A stretch of 64,000 nucleotides of DNA from Bilabrum cf. latius (taxonomy: Eukaryota). The stretch lies in assembly GCA_965178125.1 (NCBI GenBank), contig OZ237761.1, forward strand, positions 372,001 to 436,000. The letters are read 5' to 3'. The first letter of the stretch is position 1. The number at the start of each line of letters is the position of its first letter. Positions 63,101-64,000 of this stretch are shown one piece after another. Made by a program: the position numbers and the translations under genes. The notes below the pieces were generated by a model. That model did no database searches. It saw nothing but the letters and a program-made list of their open reading frames with translations, and was not told the DNA's origin.

Positions 63101-63913
63101 CTGGACCGGATCAACACGCTGATCGTGCCGATCTTGCGGTCCCTGCTGGCCGAGACGCCGTCCTTCATTCACTGCATGAACGATGGCAGGGCGCCGAATC
63201 CGCTGAAAGGCACCAATGAGCACTGGTGCTTTGTGTTTCGCCAGGGCAATGCTGACAGGGAGGCGATCTTTCAGAACGATCGCCCTTCGAGGCCAAGCTT
63301 CTGGGCATGGCACGGATCGAGCTTCTTCAACTGGTGGGGCATTCTCAAGGGCGGCTTGCGGAACTTCAGCGGGACAAAGCTCATGTCTGCCGGTGCTGCA
63401 CTCGGTGCCGGCATATACTTCTCCGAGAACTGGTCCACCTCGACAGGCTATTCGCAGCCCGGGACTACCTGGCCCAAGACAGCACTCAAGCACTCGCCCG
63501 CCAAATTCCAGGAGCTGCGTCAGGCAGTCACGAAGCGAGCGCGTGAGCTCAAGGCAGCAGCCAGCGGTCCTCTTGGCCCAACGGATCTGGACAGGATCGA
63601 GCAGCAGGCCGAGGACGAAGTGATACCATCGGGAGGGGCCGATGTGCCTGTGTTTGCAGCGGCCATGTGCGAGCTACTGAGCAAGAAGGATGGGGACGGC
63701 AAGGGCTGCTACCAAAAGGGTGGTAACGCCGGTTAGGGGCATGGCGGCCACGTCCACGTGCTGCAGAAAGAGGACTGGTGCATGACTCGGTTCCTCATTG
63801 CGGGCGCGAGCAGCACCCGTGGTAGCCTCACCCTGGATCCAAAGACGGACAAGGAATTGCTTGGTCGGGTGACGAGTGGCATGGTGACGCGCGTGCACAA
63901 GACGATCGACTGA
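60119..63913 (+). CDS. PARP6/PARP8-like mono-ADP-ribosyltransferase with UBA-like repeats, ~1264 aa
   Basis: CLSCG...RPTMCGRSQC Cys motif; catalytic WHGSSFFNWWGILKGGL...GAALGAGIYFS...GYS; terminal strand HVHVLQKEDWCMTRFLI lies beyond TAG 63734. Five TAGs including TAG TAG at 62621-62626; TGA stop. Confidence 0.88.
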
Positions 63914-64000
63914 GCTACATGTTTACACGAAGTGCCGCACCGGCGTACCAAATTGCTTGCAAGGACATCCTGAAAACTCAGTTCAACTCGTAGGGCAAAT

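Noticed and set aside
3671-63913. A cluster of pseudogenes, or RIP/C-to-T hypermutation, explaining the internal stops
   Set aside because: Decay or deamination would also create TAA (from CAA), TGA (from CGA) and frameshifts. Only TAG was seen, catalytic motifs are intact, and frames run for up to 10 kb.
1-64000. Prokaryotic or phage origin with amber recoding
   Set aside because: Spliceosomal introns, myosin, HORMA and PARP6/8-like genes indicate a eukaryotic nucleus.

Overview
Gene-dense, GC-rich eukaryotic (protist-like) nuclear DNA with short GTGAG...GCAG spliceosomal introns. Main result: the locus uses a non-standard genetic code in which TAG is a sense codon, almost certainly glutamine, while TGA (and apparently TAA) remain stops. 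The fragmented ORF track collapses into 15 long, frame-continuous genes once TAG is read through. I hand-count about 110 in-frame TAGs and found no in-frame TAA or TGA in any gap I read; TAG aligns with Gln in paralogues and in a myosin motif. Genes in order: giant 2-TM ectodomain protein, tandem GxDLY/GDSL hydrolase, serine carboxypeptidase S10, LRR(+ankyrin-like) protein, ~3576-aa myosin, P-loop GTPase, MAPEG protein, HORMA (Hop1-like) protein, EF-hand protein, a tandem array of five paralogous 6-TM receptor-like proteins with mosaic near-identical tracts, and a PARP6/8-like mono-ADP-ribosyltransferase. The first 9.4 kb also holds three copies of an interspersed repeat, two ending in minisatellites. 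No tRNA, rRNA or CRISPR array was recognised. Family assignments come from motif recognition by eye, not database searches.
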